In this document: in pieces, positions 38,216 through 52,620 of the stretch
How the letters are laid out: each line of letters opens with the position of its first letter
Numbering within the stretch: position 1 is the first letter of the stretch
NCBI RefSeq assembly: GCF_964355755.1
Contig: NC_092674.1
Location: 16,368,001-16,432,000, forward strand
DNA: 64,000 nt
From: Antedon mediterranea
Taxonomy: Eukaryota; Animalia; Echinodermata
Reading direction: 5' to 3'
The notes under the pieces: generated by a model
Seen by the model: only the letters and a program-made list of their open reading frames with translations
Databases searched by the model: none
What the model was told of the DNA's origin: nothing
Made by a program: the position numbers and the translations under genes

Positions 38216-39491
38216 GTAAACATTTGTTTAATTTGTTGTTGTTATTACAATACTGGCATCTTGCATATGTTTTGCGTGGTGTATACACACCTGTAATGGA
38301 CTGCACCATTGATCACTCCACACAACACCATAGTTACCAACCAACTAGATTTGAACTCGTCACTATGGACGAGTTAGATTATCCACCGTGCAAACATTAC
38401 GTGCACGTCATACGTTCAAATATTGTGCACAGAAAAAATGATTATGCCATTGATTGTGACCCGAAGAAAATAAAATGTTGATGTGCCCTCTATTTTGTGT
38501 CTAAGTATATAACACTGTATACTGTATACATACTACATACAGTGTAGAATAGGTGGCAATAACGGGACCCGTCTTTTATTCCAATTCTTAACATGATGAT
38601 GTCATCATAATAAAAGGCGTAGATAGCAATTTTGGAAGGGAATTATCTGTGCAACAACATATTAATGTGCTGAAGAAATTTGGATACGTAGAATATGGAT
38701 CCGCGCTCTTTTAAATGTCATGAACTATTATACCCGCGTAAGTACGGTATATTAAATGTGATGAGCTATGATGAAATAGACAAAAATCCTATATTTTATA
38801 TTTGAGTCTGGTTAGCCATATTGATGCATGATCCAAATTTTTTAACTTTTTCATCAAAAACGTGCGCGAATAGTCCAATTCAAAGTGCTCGTATGACATG
38901 ATTTTAAGTTGAAATTGTTTAAAAGTTGGTAAAATTAATAGAAAAGAAAAAGATGTTTTCAGACATTTTTACATGCTTAAAATGACATGAAACGCTTAAA
39001 AAGTTTTTTGCCAAGTTTCAATTTAAATTATTATATGTTTTAACATTATATTTTAAATACGCGAAATTCATAAAATCGCACGTAACTTATGCTGCGCGAA
39101 TCTAAAGTCATAAAAGTTTCCTGCACATCTACAGTTAGAGGTCAATCTTCTGACAAAGTTATACGTGACACAACATTTGGTGAAAGAAAGAAGAATAAGA
39201 TAGAAAAAAAAAAAGATCCTGACAATAACAAGGGTTTATCCGCCAAGTGTGATTTTTAATGATATTGCAATATATTTTAATTTATTTTGATATAGTATTT
39301 ATAATATGCATTTTTAATGTTTATGCAAATTTTATTCTAAATGTTTTTTATACAATCAGTGCAATAGGAGACCTACTAGATAGGAATTAGGTTCGCTTTC
39401 TAGGAATCCTGTCTCTGCCTGGTTTTATGTGATGTTTTCTTGTTTAATTGTCCATGTTTTTTTATATCGTATTTTTATGGAAACAAAATAA

Positions 39492-40963
39492 ACTAGATTT
39501 AATTCGTCACTATGACGAATTATAGGTTATATGCATTGATTTAAATAAAGATAATTGATTTTTAAAAGATATATTGATTGATTGATTTTCTCAGAATCTT
39601 TAATTATTTATAATATATGATAGGACCTTGCTAACGCGAACACCATAGCCGGTATCACAATCCAATCAAACATCCATATGCGTATAATGTCATAAACCAC
39701 ATTTGTTGTTACATAATAATAAAGACATAAGTTAATTTTTATCTAGATTTCATTATAAATCATGTGTATAATCTATACACTAAGAAATAAATTTGAACAA
39801 ACAATACGGATAATAAAAAAAATCTAATTTCGTTTCCCAAGGTGAGACTCGATCTCGGTACCTTGAATGCCATAGACACGAGCACAGACCATCGAGTCAT
39901 ACACAACTGACTAAAAGTTGTAGAAAAATTCCTCAGTGTATTTACTATGCAGTAACCACTTTGGTGCAAATAGATTATTACATACCGCAATGAATTATAA
40001 TTTTTTACTATGATGACATCTTTAAAATGTAAACAAATGATGCACTGTCAAACTATATACGTTTAACTTTAATATATGAACTTTTGAAGGAAGAAAGTTA
40101 ATGTTAAGTTTGTTATTTTGGCCTAAGAAAATGTCATAATTTGTTTGATTGTCGAAATTATTTTTTTTAAATTTAATATGCAATTAATGATGACTTAATC
40201 AACTTTTGTTCTCTTAATTTGATAATAAATCATACATATGATACATACACTTCAAGAAAATGAAATAAAAAATAGGTGTTCCCCTGCCTTCTGACGATAT
40301 ATATTAATTTTAAAATTTAGCATATTTTCACCATTTTGTTAACTTATACGTGCGTAGCCAGTCACTTTTGACGTGCTCGTATAACGCAATTTCGAGTTGA
40401 AACATGAATCAAATATGATGATATTATTAAAGAAAGATTGTAAAACAGAAATCGGGCAAAAAGAGTGCGCTTTAACGTTTAACGCGCAGTACGCGTGCAA
40501 AAATCTGCGCACTCGTGGCAATTTTTTAAACGCTTAAAATTGCCTGAAACGTATTCTAATTTCATCGAAAATAAATTTTGAACATTTTAAGCGCGCATAC
40601 GCAAGCGTTATATGCGCTACGCACGTAATTGTATTGCCATATGATGAAATATGACCTGAAATTTATGAGTACCAAATTTTGTTTAATTGTGATTCATGCT
40701 TGTGAAGATATGATTACAAACGTGATTTCGTAAAATCGCGCGTAGACCGCGTAATTTTTGATTGCGCATCGTGAAAATATAACCACATCGATTCCTGGCC
40801 ATAAGGAATATACTCTGAAAACTTGACTTATCTAGATGAAACTGATGCCAAGATAATTCACGGACAAAATAGTGCTAAGGAAAGAATAAATAAATAAATA
40901 AATAAATAAATAAAGATTCTGACAGAATCAAGAGGTTATATGCATTAATGCATATAACCTAAT
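39492..40963 (-). mobile_element. Helentron-associated (HINE/DINE-1-like) element
   Basis: Terminal palindrome AGGTTATATGCATTAATGCATATAACCT, (AAAT)n microsatellite, and matching subTIR TAGGTTATATGCATT plus stem-loop AATTCGTCA-CTA-TGACGAATT and CTAG at the other end. Confidence 0.7.
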
Positions 40964-41496
40964 GAATAGAAAATGAAATGAAAACCAATAAATTTAAAAA
41001 TAAGCATGAAAATAATAACGTTGAATGATATTGATAATAACAGATTAACAAACAAAAGATTAAAAATATTATACAGATATTGACTGATTAGAGGTTAAAT
41101 ATAAGATTTGACATCCCCGAGGTTTTCATTTGTGTGAAAAGTTCTGCTTTATATCTGCTTTAAACATCAATTTAGCAAGTTGAAACATGACTTGTGTTTT
41201 TTTGTTGTTTGTGTAGTGTAGGCTAAATTTGATAGCTAGCTATTAGTTATTAACCTACTAGTATTGTATGCTTCTACTACATACCATAAAATTCTAAATA
41301 ATAAAACAATGGTAAAAACAATTTACATGAATATGAGAAGCTGAATAACACAGAGAAATTACACAGATTTTACTACATGCGTGACAACCGTTCATTGTGC
41401 ACGATCACCATAATGAATTACTGATGATTAAATGTTGTGGGGTACATAATTTGTTATTGCAGTGTGTCATGAATATTAGAGTTTAGATAACATGAA

Positions 41497-41735
41497 TCAA
41501 AGTGATTGCCATGAGCAAAGTGATATTGCCGTGGGCAAAGTGATATTGCCGTGAGCAAAGTTATAATGCCGTGAGCAAAGTTATAATGCCGAGAGCAAAA
41601 TTATATTGCCATGAGCAAAGTGATATTGCCGTGACCAAATTAATTTTGTCGTGGTCAAAGTGATATTGCCGTGAGCAAACGGATATTGCTGTGAGCAAAG
41701 TGATATTGCCGTGAGCAAAGTGATATTGCCGTGAA
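41497..41735. repeat. 20-bp minisatellite (AAAGTGATATTGCCGTGAGC), ~12 units
   Basis: Direct tandem repeats visible. Confidence 0.95.
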
Positions 41736-42233
41736 CTTATGGACTACCACATTTTTCAGATTAAATTTAAACTGTGCATCCCACATTCTATCCATTTATA
41801 CAAAACTACATAGAATATCTATAGTGTAACATTTTCATAAATTAGTATTGTCTACGTGTATTCATACAGATGTTTATAACTTTTTATATAATTAAATTTC
41901 TAATTGCAGATAACCAATTTTCTTTCTATTATATTTTTTTTAAATTATATTTTTGCTATTATAATTTCATTTGATTGCAATTACTTCAACTTTAATAATT
42001 CTTTGCTTCTTATAATTCTTGCTTTATCTTATTCACATATATTGGTTTTGCTCTCTTTTCTGTCTATTAAGGTGTTTGCTTCATTTTTGTATCTCGATAT
42101 TATTTAAATTATAAATTAATGCACTTGCACTGATGAATTACTAGTATTGCCTGAAAGCTCTGCAAATTTTTTCTGGCTGGATACTTTATCGTTTTTATTT
42201 AGCTTTTTGCTTATTTTATATAATAATATTAAT

Positions 42234-43804
42234 AACTAGAATTATAGGTGATCATTTTTATCATTTTAATCAAATTAACATTTTTTAAACATGCATGTAC
42301 GTTAACATACGATCGTTAAAAGTTGATGTACGCCATTCTATGACATGATGCATATACACTTATAGTGCTGAGTTCTACCTATTATGTGTCATGTACAGTA
42401 TATACTGTATATCTATATGCAGTGTAGCATAGGTGAAATTACGGGACTCATATCGTGTTCTAATTTTTTGGTATGATGGAATTTTCAAAATAAACTCGAA
42501 GATGACAATTTCGAAAGATAATGAATTGAGCAAATAAATATAAGGATTGGAAGAAAATTTGACACGTAGAAGCGCAATGCGCGGTCTTTGAAATTTGTAT
42601 AACTTTGACTAAAGAAATTTAAAAACTACTTTTTAACTTCAACTGGCCATATGATAACATCACAACATCCGATAGGCTTAATTTTAATATGAATTCATAT
42701 CTAAATTTCATCAGCTTTCATAATAAGTTATAATCTTCAAGGTCACCTTTAATTCTGAAGAGCTATAAGATATTCAAATGTATGGTGTAGCTGAAATTAC
42801 ACGACCTAGGTTATTCAAGTTTTTACGCGTGATGACGTCATCAAAATAAAAATGTTGACAACTCATTAAAAGAATAATTAATTGAGCAAACACATACTAA
42901 AAGTTGTGCGAAAATCGGGCTCAAATAACGGAGATGCGCTCTATTGAATGTGATAACCCACACAAAAAGAAAAAAATTCCTAATTTTTAAATTCAAGTGG
43001 CCATTTGATGACGTCATACCATTTTGTACGTCTAATGTGTATATACATTTGTATCTACAACTTATTGGCTTCCATAATAAGTTAAAACAATTGGGGGTCA
43101 TCTGCCATTCTGAAGAGTTATATTCATTTTAAAAAGTCCTTATTTTTTACCATTTTTAGCACTTTTGTACAATTAGTGTGCGCATTTTGTCATTTTTAAC
43201 GTGCTCGTATAGCGTTATTTTAAGTCGGAATGGACTCAAAATTGGTGAATGTACTAAGGATTGTGAGTAGAATGTGATTTATACATCAAATTTTATTTTT
43301 TACGCATTTTAAGAATCGTGCGCACAAAAACGCATTTTTGCGCAGTAATTTTTTGAAACGCGCAAATGGCCTAATTCATGCTCTAAATTGATCAAAACCT
43401 AATTTTGCGCGTTTTAAATTTTTAACGCGCGATTTCACGTGCATGACCTTGAAACGCGCAACTTTTTATTTGCTAATATTTTTACCCTTGACCTGAAGTT
43501 TACCTGTAGTGAATTTCATTAATATGTCATAATGAATTATGGAGATATGATTGATAATGTGATTTCACAAAATGGCGTATAAATGACGTCACGGATGAGT
43601 GATCACGCTGGAAAGCTCATTAGGATTTTAAGTTATATTATTTGAAAGATATTCTGAAATTTTTGTAATCATCGACATTAAACTTTTTGAGATAATTGTT
43701 ACACAAAATAGTGTACAGAAACAATAAAAAGAAAAAAAATAATAATAATAAAGATTTCATACAATAACAATAGGTTATCATTTTATTCTAAATGATCACC
43801 TAAT
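42234..43804 (-). mobile_element. Second Helentron-associated element
   Basis: AACTAGAATTATAGGTGATCATT ... (AAT)n..TAGGTTATCATT..AATGATCACCTAAT; related fragments at 38500-39250 and 57445-58670. Confidence 0.65.
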
Positions 43805-43809
43805 AATAA

Positions 43810-46105
43810 GCTTTATTTAATCACGGATACTTAACTCAACTGAAAGTTGTTTTTCAGTAAGACCGGGTTTAAAGGAAAACACCAACAAAAATGAATGTAA
43901 AAAGACCTTAATTACTATCAAAACAGATAATAAAACAATTACAATGAAATAAAATGAAACAAGGATACACTTACTAACTATAAAATTAAATAATACACTA
44001 CATTTAAATAAAGCTACATGAAATTAGCAGTTAACAGTTTCTTAAAAAGAGAGACAGTGTTCACATTTTTAATATCTTCATTTAGCTCATTCCAAACCTT
44101 GGCACCTCTATATGATAAGCTACGTTTTTTGTAGGTTGTTTTTGGTTTTGGTACTATTAGATTTGGCTTAGTCCTAATAATATAGTAATTGTTTTTGATA
44201 TTGAACTTATTTATTAAATATGGAGGTGCAAGGTTGTTCATAATCTTAAACATAACAATAGCTTCATTTATATATAATCTTTCATCTAAGTTCATCCAAT
44301 TTAGACTTTGTAGAGCTTGAGTACAAGAGTCGGTTTGAGATTTGTTTGTAATAATAACTTTTGCTGCGCGATTTTGAAGAATTTGTAGTGTTTTACTTTG
44401 AGTTATATTTGAACGTCTCCAAACAACATGGCAATACTCAAGATGAGGAGCCATAAGTGATTTGTATAGTTTGCATTGAATTTCTTTTGGAAATATATTA
44501 TTAGTCTTTTTTAAATAGTACAAGCTCTGCTTAGATTTTACATTATCGATTTTTGAGCACCAAGAAAGATTACTATCTAATATCACACCAAGGTGTTTAC
44601 ATTTATTTACACGAGAGATTTGTTCTCCATCCATGTTAATGTGGACTTGTAAGTCAGATAGCTTATTTAACCTCTGCCTCGTTCCAATTAACACAAATTC
44701 AGTTTTTTAAACATTTAGGCTAAGTTTGTTGCATATGACCCATCTTTTAAGACACAATAAGTCAGAATTTATTGTTTCAGTAAGGTTATTAATATTATTG
44801 GAAGTGTAGTATATGGCAGTGTCATCAGCATATATAGAAACCGAGCATTTATTTACAACATTAGGCAAGTCATTAACATAAAAGGAGAAACATTAATGGT
44901 CCTAGGATGGACCCCTGAGGAATTCCACATATACTGTGACTTTCATCAGAAAAATCACCATTTACATTGGTTATATGTACACGATTATGCAGGTAGTTTT
45001 CAAACCACTTAATAACATTTGAATGAAAATTGAAAGATCTTAGTTTATTGATGAGAATACTGTGATTTACTGTATCGAAAGCCTTTTTCAAGTCTATCAT
45101 TACTAGCCCAATATAATTTCCTGTGTCAATGGCTTCTAGCCAGGTCTCTGTGATATTAAGCAATGCAGGTGTAGTTGAGTAGCTTGGTCTAAACCCAGAC
45201 TGATTTTCATATAGAATTTTGTTTAGATTTAGGAAATCATAAACTTGTTCAAATACAACTTTTTCAAGAACTTTTGATAATATTGGGAGAATTGAAATTG
45301 GCCTATAGTTTATTACATTCGTTTTTATTTCCACCTTTATGAAGAGAGCAGATCTTGGCCCTTTTCCATTGTTTTGGAAAAGTTAAATTTTTTAAAGATA
45401 AATTAATTATATTGGGTAAAAAATTTCATCGATAGCGATTTTTAGAAGATTAGCTGGTATTTCATCAGTTCCAGTTTCTTTTTTTGATGAAAGTGATTTA
45501 AGAAGTTTATGTATGTCTTGTTTATTAACTTATTTAAAAGTTGTCGTTAGTATTATTTATATCATTAGTAAAGTTAGAGAGTTGATTAGTAGATTGAATA
45601 CTTTGAGCTAATGTTAACCCACATTGGCAAAATACTTATTTAATACATTTGCAATATCTTTAGAATTAATTACTTCATCATTTTCTTCATCATTTGTGGT
45701 TTTAATACTTGTTATATTCATGCTTTTAGTTTTGCCAGGAATAATTAATTTAATATTTTCCCATATCTTTTTCTGATCTTTTGTATTGAGTTGTTCAGAA
45801 AAATAGTTCTTCTTACTTTTTCGAAGTTCATAATTAACTTGATTTCTTAATTTTCTATATTCAGGCCAAAGCTGAGGCCTATTTTTCTTATTTATTCGTC
45901 TTTTTAATGCATCTCTTCTTCTGATGAGAAGTATTACATTTTTAGTTAGCCATTGACTGTTTTTTTGGCAAACTCTTTTACGTTTAATGGGTGCATTTTT
46001 ATTTGCAATATTAAGAAAGGTTTTTTGAAAGAAATCAACAGCATCATCAACTTCAGTATAATTTATAATTTCAGCCCAATTTGTATTAAGTAAGTCAGTT
46101 AAGTA
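43810..46105 (-). mobile_element. Decayed CR1/L2-group LINE ORF2 (RT and C-terminus)
   Basis: NYRPISILPILSKVLEK, QSGFRP, IDLKKAFDTVNH, GIPQGSILGP, IYADDT, KHLGVILDSNLSW, LQNRAAK. Confidence 0.92.
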
Positions 46106-46955
46106 TCTCCATTGAGATCCGGCCACTGATACCCACAGCATTGTCATTTTTCAGTAATTTGCCTTTGGATTCGTAATAAATGCTCTAACACATATTCCTC
46201 TAGAATGTTGCATTTTTCTTTTTGCTGAATCATCATTATTTATTTTTATTAACAAATGTTGATGGAATTACTGATCTTTATAATCTATTTTAATAGGATA
46301 ATAGTATTAAAATGTAACTTAAAATTTAACATTTCAAACGGTTTTTTTACCTGATATATAGAATGAAAATCTTGTTCACACACAACAATAAAAAATAAAA
46401 ACATAAATAATATATAAAAATTTTACCATGGGCCTATTTCTGCTTTGAGAAATTAATAACTGATTAAAGTATTATGTGAATGAATGGGTGATACTCATCT
46501 ATGCCCAGTAGGGCCCGGTAGGTCTTATGATATAAAATGTTACAATAAAATGTACATCCAATCATTATATTTAATGTTTTGTTTTTATACATTTTAAAAT
46601 CAAAATTAGTAATGTACTGTAAGTCAAAATACTGATTAGCTTTATTCGGTGACTGAAGACCGCCCTCTGTGACATGATATTATTTTATATCGTAAAACCC
46701 TTACAGGCCCTACCGGATGTAGATTGGTATGACCGGAATGAATTGCCTCCATTCTCTTGCCAGCAGTTAAGTCAGATAATGTCTTTAAACTGCATACAGG
46801 ACAACTGCATTTATATTGCTTGCTTATTGCATTATTACTATATCGCTGCTTGCTAATAAACAGTTAAAGTTAACATATTTGCTCAATAAAAAGTTTAGAA
46901 AATCTTTATTTGTAATTAATCTAAGTTAGGTTTATTATTTGTTTTTTCGTTACAG

Positions 46956-47033
46956 GCTGTGTTGGCTAATCGCTGGGCTGTGCTTTATCTTTTGTTTGAA
47001 CTTTATCAAGACCCACGGAAAAAGAGACCAAAG
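46956..47033 (+). CDS. TUBGCP3: TUBGCP3 coding exon 5
   Basis: cag|AVLANRWAVLYLLFELYQDPRKKRPK|gtattg. Confidence 0.92.
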
Positions 47034-47180
47034 GTATTGGTATAATTATGTGAAATTAATTTTAGCCAATTCCAAAAAATATTGACGTTTTCTTATTTTA
47101 TTTTATACCAAATACATTTCTACTAGCTCTTTTTCAAGCCACGGAACATGTTCAAATCATTACATTATGTTTGTTTCCAG

Positions 47181-47325
47181 GTCACAGAAAGTAGAGCTTT
47201 CTTTAGTCATGGACTTGCAAGTCATGCAACGTCAACACCTTATGTAGCAAGAAACACACATGCAGGACAGCAGCCATACAATACACCATCTTCAAAACAC
47301 TATAGTGTCTCAAGCAGTGGGATAG
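47181..47325 (+). CDS. TUBGCP3: TUBGCP3 coding exon 6
   Basis: cag|VTESRAFFSHGLASHATSTPY...VSSSGI|gtacac. Confidence 0.88.
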
Positions 47326-48335
47326 GTACACATGTGTTTTCTTTAACTTTATTTATACATTTTATTACTAGCATGGACAGGCACCTTGATTATTAATTAA
47401 TAATTAAAATTAGATATGTGTATATGGCCTGTCATTGTGCAACAATTACAGTATAATATCCTGGATTTATAAAGCGCTTTATGTTGTGAAACCTCTCTAA
47501 AGCGCTGATCATACAATAGAAACAGAGAGGAAAAAGATTAAACCCAAACCGAAGTATGGGGATATGCAAGGGTAACCAGGGTTCAGTCTAAATTAAACCC
47601 TGGTGATCACCAGTTGTGGCTCGGTTTTTCCTGGTAAATAAATTTTTTTCCAATCCAATTTTTGGTCAACGTGGATAACTATTATGTTATTAAAATAGCA
47701 TATCCAACAACAATTTTGTTAAGAATTATTTTTCAGGGCGAAAATCATAAAAAAAAACGGATAATAAATCATAATTTCTTAAATTATTAAATAGAATATC
47801 AATAAAAAAAAAGCACAATTTCTTTAATAAATAATAAGCACATGAATACTATACCGTCCATCCGGTCTCGTTTTATGTTCGAAATAATTCAGTACAGCAT
47901 GGTCACCAATTGCATGCTCGTTTGCTGCCCATGGCATTATTGTATTAAAGAAATTGGTCTTACAAATTTGCCATTCTAATATAGACTAATGGATAAAGGG
48001 GAATTAAAAGGTAGTATCGGACTTGCGGTACAACACAGAGTTGGCATTTAAAACATGTGGTTAAACCGTAGAGGGGACCTTACAAAATACATTCAATCAT
48101 AGAGGGTGCTGCTTTAAAAAAAATCTTATACAAGTGTGTCATTATGTCATGTCAAAAGGGCTACTAGTAGGCGGTAACAAGATGTTTTTTGTATCCAAAA
48201 CAATCAGGAAATATTGCACCTTTAGATCACTTGTATTTATCTGGACACTACCTCCATTAGGAGGTCTGATAAGTGTAAATTGTTTTTTGGCAGTCCCATG
48301 CTAATTTGGCTTGGCTTACATAGCAAAATGGGTAA

Positions 48336-48878
48336 CCCTTACAATTAATGCTGAAGTTCACTCATGCAGAATGTTTTTGTGCTGTTGAATTAAATCACAT
48401 AAAGATACACAAATATACATGACAATCTTCATTTTCTTTTTGATGATTTTTTGGCTCAAAATTAACAATATTCCTAATAAAAATTTCCTTTTAAATGGAT
48501 GTTATTAAATTTATTATATTGATGTAGTTGAAAGTATAGAATGTTTCCAAAACAAAACCATACGCCTCTAATTGTCACTCAAATGATTTTCCTTCTCTAG
48601 GCCTATGCCTAAATCCTTTTGTCCCCCTTTCACCATCATCACTTCAGTTCAAAAACATCTCACACCTTTCTTATAGCGCTGATTTTCAGGGATCGCTTGC
48701 GTAAAACCGCTCAATTAGTCAACTTTGGAGCATTTTTATGTAAAAAAAACCTATACATTTTTTTTTATTTCTAAAAGGTCAATACTTCAATGACCTAGAA
48801 ATCCAAAGAAATGGTATTCTGACTTACTATAGATGGGGTAAAAGCAATAAGCCTTATTCCCCTTGGCGTCTGTAAGGG
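48336..48878. mobile_element. piggyBac-like MITE
   Basis: GTAA|CCCTTACA ... TGTAAGGG|TTAA. Confidence 0.5.
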
Positions 48879-49201
48879 TTAATTTAGATATTGATATCAG
48901 GACAATTGATTGATTTAAACCATACCACTGCAATGTTCTCTGGGCTAATCTATGTAAGCTCTAAAGATGTTATTATTTTTTTAAAGAAATAGGACAAAGC
49001 AAATAAATGTTGAATACTGAGCTTCAAAACCAAACGGATTAAGTCTTTCAGATAAAAGTTTCAACCTTTATTTCCAAGGTATAAGCTCCAGCCTAGAATA
49101 TTTGGCCAGTGGGAGTGGCTCTGGACCATAAATGGGGTCTAAGTAAAGTTAAATTATTTATTTAAAAAAAACAATGAAGAAAAGCTATTTATTTTTTATA
49201 G

Positions 49202-49253
49202 GTACAGGCATAAGTAGCATTACAGCTGATTCCAGACCATCTTCTATTCCAAG
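49202..49253 (+). CDS. TUBGCP3: TUBGCP3 coding exon 7
   Basis: tag|(G)TGISSITADSRPSSIP(S)|gtatgt; supplies the phase 1-to-2 change needed between exons 6 and 8. Confidence 0.8.
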
Positions 49254-49439
49254 GTATGTATGCCTATAGTTACAATAGACCTGTAATAGAACAGAACATT
49301 GCTGTGATAAGAGAGGCACATACAGTACCAGCCATTGACACAAACCATGTAAAATAAAGTGGTTATTTTAAAAAGTTATTATTAGCTTTATAGCTTTAAC
49401 TCATCACTGGGACACAGTTGTAATATGCTCATCTACAAT

Positions 49440-50777
49440 CAGGGCTCGAAATTTACTTTTTTTTTGACTAGCAAACATTGCTAGTTTAAAAAAAATTAAC
49501 TAGCAAAATCAGCAGCATAACTAGCAATCACAATTTTTTTCGGTAAAATACTTAAATTCTACAAAAATCACAATTTTTTAGGTGTAGGCCTAGCTAGTTT
49601 TTAGTTGTAGGCCTAGCTAACTAGACCAAGCTAGTAGTAGTAGTACCTTTTTTACTAGACAGTCGAATGCTAACGCCTTTTTAGCCAAATTAAAAAAACT
49701 AAGATCATGCTTTCATGCTAGCCAAATGCAGGGCGTTTCGGCCTATGGACGATTCGTCTCGAGACGTTTCGGACCACTTTTTTTTTAGGTGGAAACGTCA
49801 AACTTTTAAAATTTGAAGCAGAACAAAATTGGCTATGTATAAAATATTAATGCCGATGACAAAAATGAGTTTTATATTGTTTATATCCAGACGTAATTAA
49901 AACATTAAATTTAATTGCCACCGAGCGAAATTGTAGGCTAGGTCTAGGCCCTAACTAATCCGTCCAAGCTACCCCCGCCTCACTCATCGGCCATGGTCCG
50001 CCGTCTCTCGCTCGCGACTCATCTATCCAGGAAATTCCCTATCGCGAGAAGCATGATGTTGGTCTCAATAATAGTGGTCTGATTAATAGTTTGAAAACAG
50101 CTTACGGCATTTCTTAAGTGAATTTTTATTCAACGTATTCTTCCGTGGTGAATCCTTTGCTCATTGCTGTGTAATCAGTAATTAGGGTTGTGATGGGAAA
50201 AGTGTAAACAATAGGCATAAGAAAACCTATCGCACAACAGGACCTCGTGGTGTGCCGAGGAGACGTTCTTTTCAAGCGCGAGACCATTGTAAACAAAATT
50301 GGTAGAGTCCATTAAGTATGGGGGTTTTACTATTTACGAACCTATTAAAAACGCGCTTCGACCACTGTGTAGTCAAAAAAATTATTTCGTTAAATCGCTA
50401 AATTGATAATCGCGTATTCTGTAATCACATGACTGATGATGTAATCCACAGCGATGTACTAAATGCACGTGATTTAATGTGTTGGGAAAAAGCTTGCTGT
50501 TTATAATGCACATCGTTAACAACTATGCTACCACATGATTCACGGTGCTATTCGTGTTTCCTTGACGTAAATCGGCGGCGTGTAAATGAAACAATTGCTT
50601 TCACCAAATTGGTTCCTATTAGCCGTTGTCGACATATCGATCGGCGGCTAGCTAAAAAGTACGTATTTTTTCAAAAATTACACTAGCAAACATTTGCTAG
50701 TTTTGAAATTTTCAACTAGCAATTATGCAGAATCTACTAGCAAAATGCTAGTTTGCTAGCGTGAATTTCGAGCCCTG
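49440..50777. mobile_element. hAT-like non-autonomous element with apparent 5-bp TSD ACAAT
   Basis: ACAAT|CAGGGCTCGAAATT ... AATTTCGAGCCCTG|ACAAT; subterminal CTAGCAA repeats. Confidence 0.85.
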
Positions 50778-51746
50778 ACAATAGAAGACGCGGTAATATG
50801 AAGACTGTATAAGCGGTTATTTTTGCAGAGGCTTTTTCATTAAGTTCATAATTGGAACCTTACCGTGACATGAAACTAATGAAACTGTCACAAGTGATTG
50901 TCATGTCTAATGGCAACCCAGAAAGGAAATTTACACATGCTTATTGTTTTATTCAGTACATTGGGGATTGATAATGCTTCTGTGTCGATATGTAGCCTAG
51001 ACCTTGTGCTCTTTAGACCATGGTAGCTAATAATTCAGGATCCGTTAATAATAGGGTGACTTGTCTAGGTCCAGACTTGCCAAGAAAAACATCCTTCAAA
51101 TTTGAATTAAAAGGCACACTTTATACTTAACCTTTGTAATTCAAACAATATTGTTTAGGTACATTATGCCTAGGCTAGAATTTAACTTTGACTGAAATGG
51201 CTTTGGAAAAATATAAGTGGTTAAAATACAGTAATATCTACAATACATACCCTTTCATAATACTGTATGTAGAAGTGTTTCATTATGCATTTAATGAAGG
51301 GAAACCAAGCCTACCTTTTTTGTGAATTTTTTGTCTTTTTAAAATTTAACTTTTAAGGAGGAAAGAAGGAAACACAAAAATAAGATTAAGAGTTAACCGG
51401 CAGTATGATTTTATGTCTAAATTATATTTTTATTCATTTTACAATTTTAATTTGTCGTTTTCTTTTGATTTTTTATGAAATCAATTTTTTGTTATTAATC
51501 TTTTTTTGTTGGGTCATATTGCTCTAAAACTCACGAACAGAAAATGACTTGGCCAGAGTGATGGATGTAGTTGCTTTTTGTTGTGATAATGACTAAGTGA
51601 AAGTAAATTACAAGCAATTTTAAGAACATTTTAATGATGATAGTTGTAATTTATAGGTCCATGCTCAGACCAACACATCTAAAGCAGCATCTTAACAACA
51701 AAATTAACTTTCATCTTATATTTCATTATTTATGATACATTTATAG

Positions 51747-51925
51747 CTTTGCTCCAACACCTGGTTACAATCTTGCTGAAAGAGATGTTCAATCTATGGG
51801 AACCAGACTTGCTAAAATAATGACAAGCAGTCAGCCTGCTGAGCATATCATGCATAGAAGTTTATTACCATCACAAGCTCAGGTAGTGGACAGATCGGTT
51901 TATACAATTGGAGAAGATGAAAACT
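51747..51925 (+). CDS. TUBGCP3: TUBGCP3 coding exon 8
   Basis: tag|FAPTPGYNLAERDVQSMGTRLAKIMTSSQPA...GEDEN|gtaagt. Confidence 0.85.
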
Positions 51926-52501
51926 GTAAGTATCGCAGTAATTTAAAAATAAATTTTTCTCACACTTTTCCAACAGGTCAAAAATTAAGGTTAAAAGATT
52001 GTGTTTAAATACTTTTCATGAAATAATATATATTAATATATAATATTAATATCTCATTTTAATTTACTCAATGTGAAGTGAAAAAAAAATATGTGTGACG
52101 GGCAAGTCACGCAATGTGATCTCTCTAGGTTGGCTATCGGCGGCAATGTTATGGTTTCGGAAAACTTTATTCGGAGCCAGGCCCAGATGGACATGTTTTT
52201 TTAAGGGAAATTCATTTTCGCCAGTTTTGCGAAGGATATATCAAATGGCAACTCCAATTGCTATTTTACGAAAAACGTGAATGGCTATTGTGAGCGTAGC
52301 TACGGGGTATTTTTTTAAATATTCATCCAAAATAATTAACGCTTCCAAATAAACGCCTCCCTAAAATAAAAGACTGAACAATCAACTTATTCAAATAAAT
52401 ACGGTAGGTAATTAATCAAATTACAAATTAAAAATTGTTTTCATATATTATTTAAAAAATTATAGAAGAGCTGACTATTAAAATTTTTCTTTTATGATTA
52501 G

Positions 52502-52620
52502 ATTTAAATGAAAGTTCTGAAGGAGCTATATTACGTGAATTGGTTTACATATTTCAAGGTATTGATGGAAAAATGATTAAATTTGACCAATCAGAGGAAG
52601 CGTATCGTATTGATAAACAG
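52502..52620 (+). CDS. TUBGCP3: TUBGCP3 coding exon 9 (start of GRIP1 region)
   Basis: tag|LNESSEGAILRELVYIFQGIDGKMIKFDQSEEAYRIDKQ|gtatga. Confidence 0.95.

Noticed and set aside
41904-42107. Hydrophobic 67-aa ORF
   Set aside because: A T-rich low-complexity artefact; possibly decayed GIY-YIG/Penelope debris on the other strand, but unsupported
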